Positions 1 to 9,982 of a stretch of DNA of 64,000 nucleotides are shown piece after piece. Origin of the DNA: Inquilinaceae bacterium (lineage in GTDB: Bacteria; Pseudomonadota; Alphaproteobacteria; DSM-16000; Inquilinaceae); the NCBI GenBank assembly GCA_965212545.1, contig CBDBVB010000025.1, forward strand, positions 8,433 to 72,432. Direction: 5' to 3'. A program made the position numbers and the translations under genes. Numbering within the stretch: the stretch's first letter is position 1; every line of letters begins with the position of its first letter. The notes beneath the pieces were generated by a model that worked only from the letters and a program-made list of their open reading frames with translations, made no database searches and was not told where the DNA came from.

Positions 1-273
1 CTCGAAATCGAAGTCGCCCTGTTCCTCGGCCATCCGGGCATAGAACACCACCTGGAACAGCAAATCGCCGAGCTCGTCGCGCAACTCGTCCATGTCGCCG
101 CGCTCGATGGTGTCGGCGACCTCATAGGCCTCCTCGATGGTGTGCGGCGCGATGGTCCGGAAGCTCTGCTCCAGATCCCAGGGGCAGCCGCCATCGGGAT
201 CGCGTAGCCGCGCCATGATGGCCAGCAGGCGGCCGATGCCGCTGTCGGAGTCGATCGAGGGTCGGTTGGACAT
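1..273 (-). CDS. mazG: Nucleoside triphosphate pyrophosphohydrolase MazG, N-terminal part; gene continues past the left edge
   Basis: Own reverse translation from ATG (273-271) gives MSNRPSIDSDSGIGRLLAIMARLRDPDGGCPWDLEQSFRTIAPHTIEEAYEVADTIERGDMDELRDELGDLLFQVVFYA. This is the canonical MazG motif block. It is not in the ORF track because there is no stop in the window. Confidence 0.8.
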   Translation of the reverse strand, partial: MSNRPSIDSDSGIGRLLAIMARLRDPDGGCPWDLEQSFRTIAPHTIEEAYEVADTIERGDMDELRDELGDLLFQVVFYARMAEEQGDFDFE

Positions 274-361
274 GGATCGCCTGACTCGGGTTCGCGTTCC
301 GGACTTGGTAGACGCAAAGCCGGCCTGGAGAAAGAGGTCAGCGAACAATGCCGAATTCATT

Positions 362-396
362 TGACAATATACTGTCAATATGACAATATACTGTCA
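362..396. promoter_or_regulatory. Tandem operator-like inverted repeats in front of the MarR gene
   Basis: There are two identical 16-bp copies of TGACAatatacTGTCA (362-377 and 381-396) separated by 3 bp. The second ends 3 nt before the MarR ATG at 399. A TTGACA hexamer sits at 361-366. Confidence 0.6.
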
Positions 397-398
397 TT

Positions 399-869
399 AT
401 GAGTTACACGGACACACTCCCGGGACGGACCGCAGAGGCGACGGCGCTGACCGAGCTGATCCTTGAGACGTTCCGGCTCAATGGCTGCCTGCTGGCCGCC
501 GGCGACCGGTTGACCGCCGATCTGGGGCTGACCAGCGCGCGCTGGCAGATCCTCGGCGCGATCGACGACCGGCCGCGCTCTGTCGCCCAGGTCGCCCGGC
601 TGATGGGGCTGACCCGCCAAGCGGTGCAGCGCATCGCCAATGTGCTGGTGGAGGAGGGATTCGCCGACTTCGCCGACAATCCCGAGCACAAGCGCGCCAA
701 GCTGGTCCGGCTTTCGCCCAAGGGCCGCGCGGCCCTGGACCAGGTCAGTCGGCGCCAGGCCGACTGGTCGTCGCGGCTGGCAAGTGGCATGCGGACCGCG
801 ACGATCCAGGCGGCGCTTGCCGTGCTCAGAACCTGCCGCCGCCGTCTCGAGGTGGAGGAGGCGCGATGA
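399..869 (+). CDS. MarR family transcriptional regulator
   Basis: 156 aa. The winged-helix core LTSARWQILGAIDDRPRSVAQVARLMGLTRQAVQRIANVLVEEGF...RAKLVRLSPKG is typical of MarR. Confidence 0.9.
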   Translation: MSYTDTLPGRTAEATALTELILETFRLNGCLLAAGDRLTADLGLTSARWQILGAIDDRPRSVAQVARLMGLTRQAVQRIANVLVEEGFADFADNPEHKRAKLVRLSPKGRAALDQVSRRQADWSSRLASGMRTATIQAALAVLRTCRRRLEVEEAR

Positions 870-1357
870 TGAAGACCGCTAAGGCCCTGCATCTCATCGG
901 GTTGGCGATGTTCCTGGGAAGCGTCTTCGGGCACATCACCGTCGGCTTCATCCCGGCCGTCGAAGACCCAGCCGGTTTGCTGTTCGGCCGCCAGGCCATC
1001 GGGATCGCCACCTGGGCGTTGACTATCCCCGGATTGGCCCTGCTGGCTGCCACCGGCCTGTTCATGGCGCTGCGCCGCGGTCCGGGCGTCTTCCGGTCCG
1101 GCTGGCTGGCGGTGCACTTGGTCATTGGCGTGCTGATCATTCTCAACGCCGCCTTGATCCTGGTGCCGACCGGCGGCGCGTTGCTCGACACGGCGACGGC
1201 GGTTGCCGGCGGCACCGTGACGCCAGAGGCGATGCGGTCCGGCGCCGGCAGGGAAAGCCTGTTCGGCGCGATCAACGTGGCGCTGGCGCTGACGACCGTG
1301 TTCCTTGCGGTTTCGAAGCCGAGGCTCGGCCCGGGACTCGACAGGTCCGATCGGTGA
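866..1357 (+). CDS. DUF2269-like integral membrane protein
   Basis: 163 aa with about 4 hydrophobic helices (MMKTAKALHLIGLAMFLGSVFGHI...). It overlaps the MarR stop by 4 nt (ATGA), so it shares an operon with MarR. Confidence 0.7.
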   Translation: MMKTAKALHLIGLAMFLGSVFGHITVGFIPAVEDPAGLLFGRQAIGIATWALTIPGLALLAATGLFMALRRGPGVFRSGWLAVHLVIGVLIILNAALILVPTGGALLDTATAVAGGTVTPEAMRSGAGRESLFGAINVALALTTVFLAVSKPRLGPGLDRSDR

Positions 1358-1367
1358 GGGGGAGTCG

Positions 1368-1985
1368 ATGGACGGCTATCTGATCCTGCGGTTCTGCCAC
1401 TTTGCCGGCTTCATCCTGCTCGGCGGTGGCCTGCTGGCGGTATTCGTCTCCGAGCTTCGGGCCTACCGGACCCGGGACCCGCACCGATTCGCCGAGGCGG
1501 CCTGGTACACCGCCGCCTTCTATGACGCGCTGGCGGTGCCGGGCGCGCTGCTGCTCGCCGGCAGCGGGCTGTGGCTGATCCTCGAACTCGGCTATGGGTT
1601 CTTCGAGCAGCCCTGGCTCACCGCCATGTGGGCGCTGTTCCTGTTCGAACTGATCGAGGGCAACACGGTCACCCGTCTCCAGTTCCGCCGCACCCTCAGG
1701 CGCTCGCGCGAGGCGGTGGCCCAAGGCCGGTTGAGCCCGGAGGACCGCGACGAGGCACGGACGTTGCTCGGCCAGGTCACCCATTTCCTCGATATCCCAC
1801 TGTTCACGGTCATCGTCTGGTGCGGCGCGCTGCGCCCACAGCTCTGGACGGAGGTCGGCATCGCGCTCATCGTCGCTGTGGCCGCGGCGGCTGTCCTGAC
1901 GCTGACGGTGCCGCGCCTGGCGCGGCCATCGGATGAGGACAGGGCCGTGGGGCCGAAAATCGGGAGCCATCCCGGGAATCGCTAG
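1368..1985 (+). CDS. Second DUF2269-like integral membrane protein
   Basis: The internal ATG at 1368 is preceded by GAGGGGGA. The product MDGYLILRFCHFAGFILLGGGLLAVFVSE has multiple TM helices and is a paralog-like partner of the upstream gene. Confidence 0.7.
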   Translation: MDGYLILRFCHFAGFILLGGGLLAVFVSELRAYRTRDPHRFAEAAWYTAAFYDALAVPGALLLAGSGLWLILELGYGFFEQPWLTAMWALFLFELIEGNTVTRLQFRRTLRRSREAVAQGRLSPEDRDEARTLLGQVTHFLDIPLFTVIVWCGALRPQLWTEVGIALIVAVAAAAVLTLTVPRLARPSDEDRAVGPKIGSHPGNR

Positions 1986-2089
1986 ATCCCGGCGATGTCC
2001 ATCGCGGACCGTCCCGAGCGCCGACCAAATACCCGCCGCCGCCGATGTTGCCGTAGCCGCCGGGCATTGGACAGGGCCGCGACGGCCTC

Positions 2090-2377
2090 CTAGGCCGCGG
2101 CGCCGCGGGACCGCTCCAGCAGTCGCTGGAGCATCTGGTACGCCTTGCGCGCCTCCGTGGATTGCGAGCGCCAGATATTGAGCTCGACCAGGGCCCAGAT
2201 CGGATCGACGCCGGCCAGCTGCGCCAGCCGGATCATGGTCGGGTCGGCCGGCCAGGCCCGCTTGGTGCGCCAGTGATTGACCGGGTTGCCCTTGAACCCG
2301 AGCGCGCGCCCGAGTTCCCGGTCGGAGCTGAATTTCCGATTGGCCATGGCGAGGTCGATATAGTCGTCGATGGTCAC
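2090..2377 (-). CDS. Small Cro/CI-type HTH protein (DUF3693-like, phage-related)
   Basis: 95 aa. SDRELGRALGFKGNPVNHWRTKRAWPADPTMIRLAQLAGVDP has the XRE-type HTH pattern. Third-position GC is high, consistent with real coding. Confidence 0.6.
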   Translation of the reverse strand: MTIDDYIDLAMANRKFSSDRELGRALGFKGNPVNHWRTKRAWPADPTMIRLAQLAGVDPIWALVELNIWRSQSTEARKAYQMLQRLLERSRGAAA

Positions 2378-2687
2378 CGGATTCTCCCGAAACCGCGGCC
2401 ACTGCTGGTCAGAGCCGCTAGCCAGGGATTATTTGCGCAGGTTTGTGGCTGTCTAGCGGCGATAACCACTATTGGAGACCATTGCAGGCGTCAGGTGGCA
2501 CCAGCCGCGTGTACCACTGGACATGTCCGGGATGGGATGTGACCACGCGAATTCGCGCCTTGAGACAAACCGCGATTATCGGATCGGTTCCTTCCGCAAA
2601 ATCAATCGACTCCGACCTCCATTGAATTGTCTAGTGGTCTAGGTGCGGGGAAGCCCGACACACGATGCATAGCTGCTGGGGGGCGGG

Positions 2688-3887
2688 ATGACGGACGAGG
2701 ATGATCGCAGCGTGTTGTTCGAACCGGTGCAGCTGCCATGCGGCGTCGTTCTCAAGAATCGCATCGCTAAGGCGGCAATGTCGGACTCGCTTGGCGATGG
2801 GACCGGCCACCCGACCGACGCCCAAATGCGGCTCTACGAACGCTGGGCCGATGGCGGCGTCGCCCTGTCTATCGTCGGCGAAGTCCAGGGCAATCCCCAT
2901 TTTGCAGAGAAACCCGGAAACCTTGTGCTGAACAGCGATTCCGACCTGGGAAGGTTCGAGGCGCTGGCGCAGGCGGGGTCAAGGAACGATGGCCAACTCT
3001 GGTTGCAGCTCGGCCATGCAGGCGCGATGGCGCATCCGCCGATCAGCACTCCGAAAGGGCCCAGCGCCCTGGATTTGCCCGGGGTGCGCTGTGCAGAGCT
3101 CCGCCTTGACGAAATCCGCGACCTTCCGGGAAAGTTCTCGCAAACCGCCGTTCTGGCGAAAAGGCTCGGTTTTGGCGGCGTGGAAGTGCACGCGGCGCAT
3201 GGCTTTCTGCTCAGCCAGTTCCTTTCACCCTTGTTCAACAGGCGAAAGGACGATTACGGCGGCAACATTCACGCGCGCATGCGGATCGTGCTCGAGGTGG
3301 TAAACGAAGTCCGGCGGGCGGTCGGGCCGGACTTTCCCATCGCCATCAAACTGAACTCATCCGATCAACTGTATGGAGGGTTGAAGGAGGACGACGCGCT
3401 TGAGCTTGTCGCGGCGCTGGAGGAGACCGGAATCGACCTCCTCGACATCAGTGGCGGCACCTATTTCCCCGGCGCAAAATCGTCCTCGGACGGTGCAAGC
3501 AGCGGCCCGTACTTCATTGAGTTTGCGAGGAAGGCCCGTAATCGGACCCGAAAGCCCCTCATGGTCACTGGCGGGTTCAAATCGCTGGATCAGGCGAAAA
3601 GAGCGGTTGCGCAAGGTGACGCGGATCTGATCGGCCTGGCGCGTGCGCTGGTACTCGACCCCGGCTTGCCGAAGGCTTGGGCGAATCCGGCGGGCGAGGA
3701 CCCGGAATTTCCGAGATTTGCATCGCGGCCGGAAGGCGGCGTGACGGCCTGGTACACGATGCGACTGACCCAGTTGGGCGACGACCGGGATATGACGGAG
3801 ATCCGCGATTTAACCGAAGCGATCAAAGTTTACGAACTCCGAGATGCCCAGCGCGCGGAGGTCTGGAAACAACACTTCGGACTCTGA
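2688..3887 (+). CDS. NADH:flavin oxidoreductase, Old Yellow Enzyme family
   Basis: 399 aa. The motifs HAAHGFLLSQFLSPLFNRRKDDYGG and the TIM-barrel OYE pattern are present. Confidence 0.9.
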   Translation: MTDEDDRSVLFEPVQLPCGVVLKNRIAKAAMSDSLGDGTGHPTDAQMRLYERWADGGVALSIVGEVQGNPHFAEKPGNLVLNSDSDLGRFEALAQAGSRNDGQLWLQLGHAGAMAHPPISTPKGPSALDLPGVRCAELRLDEIRDLPGKFSQTAVLAKRLGFGGVEVHAAHGFLLSQFLSPLFNRRKDDYGGNIHARMRIVLEVVNEVRRAVGPDFPIAIKLNSSDQLYGGLKEDDALELVAALEETGIDLLDISGGTYFPGAKSSSDGASSGPYFIEFARKARNRTRKPLMVTGGFKSLDQAKRAVAQGDADLIGLARALVLDPGLPKAWANPAGEDPEFPRFASRPEGGVTAWYTMRLTQLGDDRDMTEIRDLTEAIKVYELRDAQRAEVWKQHFGL

Positions 3888-4013
3888 AAGCCGATACCTG
3901 AGTGAGCGTGCATCGACAGGCGTCCAGCCGATCGCGATCGCGCAACCGCCAAGAAAGGCGAGGCCGCTTGGTCGACGTTGTGCTACACGGCGTCCCGCCG
4001 TGAGCATTGTCTG

Positions 4014-4027
4014 ATAATGTACATTAT
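4014..4027. repeat. Perfect 14-bp palindrome ATAATGTACATTAT in an AT-richer spacer
   Basis: Read directly from the sequence. It is self-complementary and lies about 280 nt upstream of the YopT-like gene. Confidence 0.3.
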
Positions 4028-4307
4028 GGAAAATGCCTAAACGATTCTGAGGCAGGCCAGCGCTCCGGCGTTGCGTCATGCTGTGCTTCGCAGTCGATCT
4101 CCTCTTTCGGAATTCCGGGCACCACCTCTGGTCTCGGCGAAGCTGCTGCCTCACGGTCCAGAGACGACGGACCGCATCGGAAACGCTTGTGCGGGATTAA
4201 ATGGTCCGGGTATTAACCAATGGTGCAGGCTCCGGACGAGAAGCATTGCGCACTCTCTCGGTTGAACACGGGGTCGCCAGTCAGGTCGAAGAGAGGATCG
4301 GCATAAC

Positions 4308-4940
4308 ATGGTCATGAATGCGATCGCCCGCGCGGCGAATGACAACCACGAGCTCGTCTACGCCTATCACCAGGGCTCGGCAGACTATAACTACAAGGAC
4401 ATCGGGCCCTGGGGAAACGTGCGGAACGGCTATTGCGCCGCGCTGACCTTTCAGTGGTGTCAGGCCCGGCTGAACGGCGGCGATCTGCCATACAGCACCT
4501 CGACGCACATGGCGGAAAAGGCGGATTGGCGGGTCACCCGGCTGCACAATCTGACCAAATCCGACATGCTGGGATACGACGCGACCATGCGGGAGCTCGG
4601 CCTGGTCAGAGGAGCGGCAACCTCGCTCGCCGGCGCCCCGGACGCGGTCAGGATCACAAATCAGGTGGCGGGCGCCGCCGGCCTGTATTTCTGCCAGTAC
4701 AAGCGCCCGGGCGGCGGTCATATCGCCGCCATCGAGGTGGAGTCACGCTATTATCACTACTTCGATGCCAATTTCGGGCATTTCGTTCTCAGGGACAAGA
4801 CGCGCTTTGTCGCCTGGTACGGCAAGTTCCTGACCGATAGCGGCTATGTCGCCAGATACACGTCGAGGTCCATCGTGACCCCCGTGAGGCGTCTGACGAC
4901 GGGCTCGGTGGCCGATCTGCGCAGGCGCTTCGGAGGCTGA
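4308..4940 (+). CDS. YopT/AvrPphB-type cysteine protease domain protein (peptidase C58-like)
   Basis: 210 aa. A Cys-His-Asp arrangement is present in family-typical contexts: NGYCAALTFQW (C43), GGGHIAAIEV (H138) and YHYFDANFGHF (D153). By my count C-to-H is 95 residues and H-to-D is 15 residues. Confidence 0.65.
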   Translation: MVMNAIARAANDNHELVYAYHQGSADYNYKDIGPWGNVRNGYCAALTFQWCQARLNGGDLPYSTSTHMAEKADWRVTRLHNLTKSDMLGYDATMRELGLVRGAATSLAGAPDAVRITNQVAGAAGLYFCQYKRPGGGHIAAIEVESRYYHYFDANFGHFVLRDKTRFVAWYGKFLTDSGYVARYTSRSIVTPVRRLTTGSVADLRRRFGG

Positions 4941-4971
4941 CCGGCGCGGACGATTTCCCGGACCGGTATGG

Positions 4972-4994
4972 CGTGAGGTCGCTTCGACCTCACG
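4972..4994. terminator. 10-bp stem hairpin between convergent genes (weak terminator candidate)
   Basis: CGTGAGGTCG-ctt-CGACCTCACG is a perfect stem. There is no clear U-tract on either strand. Confidence 0.35.
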
Positions 4995-5070
4995 TCTGAA
5001 TCATGCTCTATCCTGTTGAAACGGATAGAAAATCATCCATGAGTTCGGTTCGGGTTCAGGTCATTTCGCC

Positions 5071-5833
5071 CTACAGTTCGATCACCAGCCCGTCATAGGC
5101 CGGCTCGACGCCGGGCGGCAGCTTTTGCATCAGCTGGTCGTAATCCACGGTGTGGTTCATGTGGGTCAGATAGGCCTGGGCCGGCTTCAGGCGCTCGATC
5201 CAGCCCAGGGCGCGGTCCTGATGGGCGTGGCTGGGATGCGGTTGCTCGCGGGTGGCGTCGACGATCCAGACCTGCACGCCCTCCAGGGTCGCGAAGGCCT
5301 CGTCGCTGAGATCGACCACGTCCGTCGAGTAGGCGAAATCGCCGAACCGGAAGCCCAGCGAGTCCGAATGGCCGTGGTCCTGGACGAACGGGATCACCTC
5401 CAGATCGCCGATCGTGAAGCGGCCGTCGATCAACTCGACCGTGAGGATCGGCCGGTAAAGCCCTCTGTCCATGTCGACACTGGCAACCGCGTACGGAAAG
5501 CTCTGTTCCAGCTGCGCCTTGGTGGCGGCATCGGCATAGCCGGTCAGCGCGCCGTGATGCCAGGTCAACGGCCGCAGATCGTCGATGCCGTGGATGTGGT
5601 CGGCATGGCCATGGGTGTACAGCACCGCGTCCAGCCGCTCGACCTTGGCGTCCAGCAGCTGGTTGCGGAGGTCGGTCGGCGTGTCGACCAGGACCGTCGT
5701 GGCGCCCTGCTCCACCAGGATCGCCGGCCGCCGCCGCCGGTTCTTCGGGTTCGTCCGGGTCGCAGGTTCCCCAGTTGTTGCCGACCATCGGCACGCCCAG
5801 CGAGCCGCCGCAACCAAGCACCGTCACCTTCAT
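5071..5833 (-). pseudogene. MBL-fold metallo-hydrolase (PhnP-like), reading frame broken by one extra base
   Basis: The N-terminus MKVTVLGCGGSLGVPMVGNNWGTCDPDEP reads from ATG 5833 in the frame of ORF 5093..6625. The remainder (KNRRRRPAILVEQGATTVLVDTP...HGHADHIHGIDDL...) is in the frame of ORF 5071..5817. The switch occurs at the GGG run 5748-5750. Confidence 0.85.
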
Positions 5834-6664
5834 GAGCGCGGCCGCCCGGCCTGTCGTCTTTTCGGGCTGCGGGACCTTGTCGAACAGGGTGAAGAAATTG
5901 GCCGTGGTGCGCTCGGCCGCCTCGGCCGCGCCGATGCCCTTGACCTCGGCCAGCCGGGCGGCGGTATGCGCCACGAAGGCCGGCTCGTTGCGCTTGCCGC
6001 GTTTTGGCACCGGCGCCAGGTACGGCGCGTCAGTCTCGACCAGCAGCCGGTCCAGAGGCAGGTCGCGCACGATCGCCCGGATGTCGTCGGAGCGGTTGAA
6101 GGTCAGGATCCCGGACAGGGACACGTAGAAACCCATTTCTACAGCGTTTTCAGCCAGTTTCCGCCCGGAACTGAAGCAGTGGATGACACCGCGCAGGGGC
6201 TTGTCCCCGCGCCTCTGACCCCCTGGGCCCGCGCCCTCCTCGGCCAGGATGCGGATCGTGTCGGGGTCGGCGCTGCGGGTATGCACGATCAGTGGCAGCC
6301 CGGTCTCCCGCGCCGCCCGGATATGGTGCGGAAGCTCTCCTGCTGCTGCCTCCCGCGGGCTGTGGTCGTAATGGTAGTCCAGCCCGCTCTCGCCGATCCC
6401 GACCACCTTGGGGTGCCCGGCCATCTCGGCCAGCCGCTCGACCGTCGCCGGCGCCTCCGAGGCGGCGTTGTGCGGATGCACTGCCGACGGCGCAGAACAC
6501 CTCCTCGAAGCGCCCGGCGATCGCCAGGTTCTGGTCGAGTTCGCCCGGCCGGGTGCAGATCGTGACCATGCGGCCGATGCCGGCCTCCCGGGCCCGCATG
6601 ACGATGTCGTCCAGATCCTCGGCAAAATCCGGGAAGTCGAGATGGCAGTGGCTGTCGACCAGCA

Positions 6665-6665
<1 letters not shown>
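5834..6665 (-). pseudogene. tatD: TatD family deoxyribonuclease/hydrolase, frame broken by one extra base; 3' end undefined
   Basis: MLVDSHCHLDFPDF...FEEVFCAVG is in the frame of ORF 6150..6665. VHPHNAASE...GESGLDYHY...IVHTRSAD...ETDAPYLAPVP follows in the frame of ORF 5093..6625. The switch is at an extra T at 6482 (plus strand). No in-frame stop occurs before the MBL ATG. Confidence 0.85.
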
Positions 6666-8247
<1,582 letters not shown>

Positions 8248-9345
8248 CTAGGCCCGTGCTGCGTCCTCCAGGGCCATGAAGGCCTGCAGGACGACCTGTT
8301 TTCTGTCCAGATTGGCGCTATCCGCCCGGGCGAAAAGGCGGTGCGTTTTCTCCCACACCTCAAGCCAGGGTTCAAGGCCGGCGGGCCCCTTGCGGCCAGC
8401 GGTGATCCGGCGCCCCAGCGCCGCGTCGTCGGCGATGACATCGGGCGGGGCCTGGCCGCGGGCCATGGCGCCGACCAGCCCCTCCAGCCAGCCCTCCAGC
8501 AGCGTGACCGTAGTGCGGTAGGATCTTTCGGCCGCGGCCGGGGCCAGCTTTTCAGCCATCCGGTGGGCCGCCACCATGTCCAGGTTCGGCAGGGTTCCCA
8601 GCAGGTCGATCAGGCCGCGATACAGCGTCAGACCTCCCTCTTCCACCAGCTCCAGCGCCCGGCCGGGGCTGCCTTTAGACAGCCGCACCACGGCCTGCGC
8701 ATCCTCCGGCGTCAGCTGCGGCGCCTGGCGGGCCAACAGCTGCAACAACTCCTGCTCGGGCAACGGCTGCAGGGTCAGGCGACGGCAGCGCGAGCGGATG
8801 GTGGGCAGCAATGCGCCGGGCCGATTGCTGACCAGCAGCAGCACCGAGCGGTCCGGCGGCTCCTCCAAAAGCTTCAGCAAACCGTTGGCGCTGGTGCGGT
8901 TCACACGTTCGGCCTCGTCGACCACCACCACGCGCCAGCCGCCCTCGGCCGGGGTCAGGCGCAGGAACGGCACGATCTTGCGGATCTCGCCAACCGGCAG
9001 ATCGTTCGGCCGCTTGCCCTTGTCGTCCGCCGGCGGGCGCTCAACGGTCAGCAGATCGGCATGGCCGCCCGCCGCGACCCGGCGGAAGACCGGGTCGGCG
9101 GGATCGAGAAAGAGGCTGTCCGGGACATCGTCGCCGAACAGCCCGCCCGTGGCCTCGGCGGCGCCGGACAACAGGTGACGGGCGAAGCGATAGGCCAGGG
9201 TCGCCTTGCCGATGCCGGCCGGGCCGCCGATCAGCCAGGCATGCGGCAGCCGTCCGGACCGCGCCGCGCCGGCCAGGGCCCGTTCGGCGACGGCATGACC
9301 GATCAGCTCTGAATTCTCACGCGGCGGCAGGATCTCGGCGGTCAT
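8248..9345 (-). CDS. holB: DNA polymerase III subunit delta-prime
   Basis: 365 aa. LIGHAVAERAL...LPHAWLIGGPAGIGKATLAYRFARHLL and VVVVDEAERVN match the family. It lies in the conserved position next to tmk. Confidence 0.9.
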   Translation of the reverse strand: MTAEILPPRENSELIGHAVAERALAGAARSGRLPHAWLIGGPAGIGKATLAYRFARHLLSGAAEATGGLFGDDVPDSLFLDPADPVFRRVAAGGHADLLTVERPPADDKGKRPNDLPVGEIRKIVPFLRLTPAEGGWRVVVVDEAERVNRTSANGLLKLLEEPPDRSVLLLVSNRPGALLPTIRSRCRRLTLQPLPEQELLQLLARQAPQLTPEDAQAVVRLSKGSPGRALELVEEGGLTLYRGLIDLLGTLPNLDMVAAHRMAEKLAPAAAERSYRTTVTLLEGWLEGLVGAMARGQAPPDVIADDAALGRRITAGRKGPAGLEPWLEVWEKTHRLFARADSANLDRKQVVLQAFMALEDAARA

Positions 9346-9971
9346 GCAGTCGGAAGCCTGTTTACGACGGCGTCCAGGATAGCGGCTGCCACGACATCCT
9401 CGGTGCCCGAGGCGTCGATCAGCACGCAGCGCTCCGGTTCAGCCTCGGCAATGGCCAGGAATCCCTGGCGCATGCGGTCGTGAAATCCGCCATCCATGCG
9501 CTCGTATCGGGTTTCGTCGCCGGATCTGTGCCCGGCCCGGTGCAGCCCGTCGGCCACCGGCAGATCCAGGATCAGGGTCAGATCGGGACGGAAATCTCCA
9601 AGCGCCGTCGCGTGCAGCCGGGCGACCCAGTCCCGTCCCAGGCCGTGGCCATAGCCCTGATAGGCCATGGTGCTGTCGGCGAACCGGTCGGAGATCACCC
9701 AATCGCCGCGCACCAGCGCCGGCCGGATGGTGCTGCGCAGATGCTCGCGCCGGGCGGCGTAGTGAAGCAAAGCCTCGGTTTCCGCGTCCCAACGGTCCGG
9801 GTCGCCCTCGACCAGCAGCCGGCGGATCAACTCCGATCCTGGCGCGCCACCCGGCTCGCGGGTGGACACCACGGTGATGCCGCGTTCGGCCAGGGAGGCG
9901 GCCAGTCGCTTGAGCTGGGTGCTCTTGCCGGCGCCCTCGCCGCCCTCCAGGGTGATCAGCCGGCCGGCCAC
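9342..9971 (-). CDS. tmk: dTMP (thymidylate) kinase
   Basis: 209 aa. ITLEGGEGAGKSTQ is the P-loop and TREPGG is present. It overlaps holB by 4 nt. Confidence 0.95.
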   Translation of the reverse strand: MAGRLITLEGGEGAGKSTQLKRLAASLAERGITVVSTREPGGAPGSELIRRLLVEGDPDRWDAETEALLHYAARREHLRSTIRPALVRGDWVISDRFADSTMAYQGYGHGLGRDWVARLHATALGDFRPDLTLILDLPVADGLHRAGHRSGDETRYERMDGGFHDRMRQGFLAIAEAEPERCVLIDASGTEDVVAAAILDAVVNRLPTA

Positions 9972-9982
9972 GATCCCGGCTG

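Noticed and set aside
1272-2402. 376-aa minus-strand ORF
   Set aside because: It overlaps the DUF2269 gene on the opposite strand and the HTH gene in another frame. Its composition is again Arg/Gly/Pro-rich.
5093-6625. 510-aa minus-strand ORF as a single protein
   Set aside because: It is a chimera. Its middle is genuine TatD sequence, but its first part and its last ~230 residues are out-of-frame read-through created by the frameshifts.
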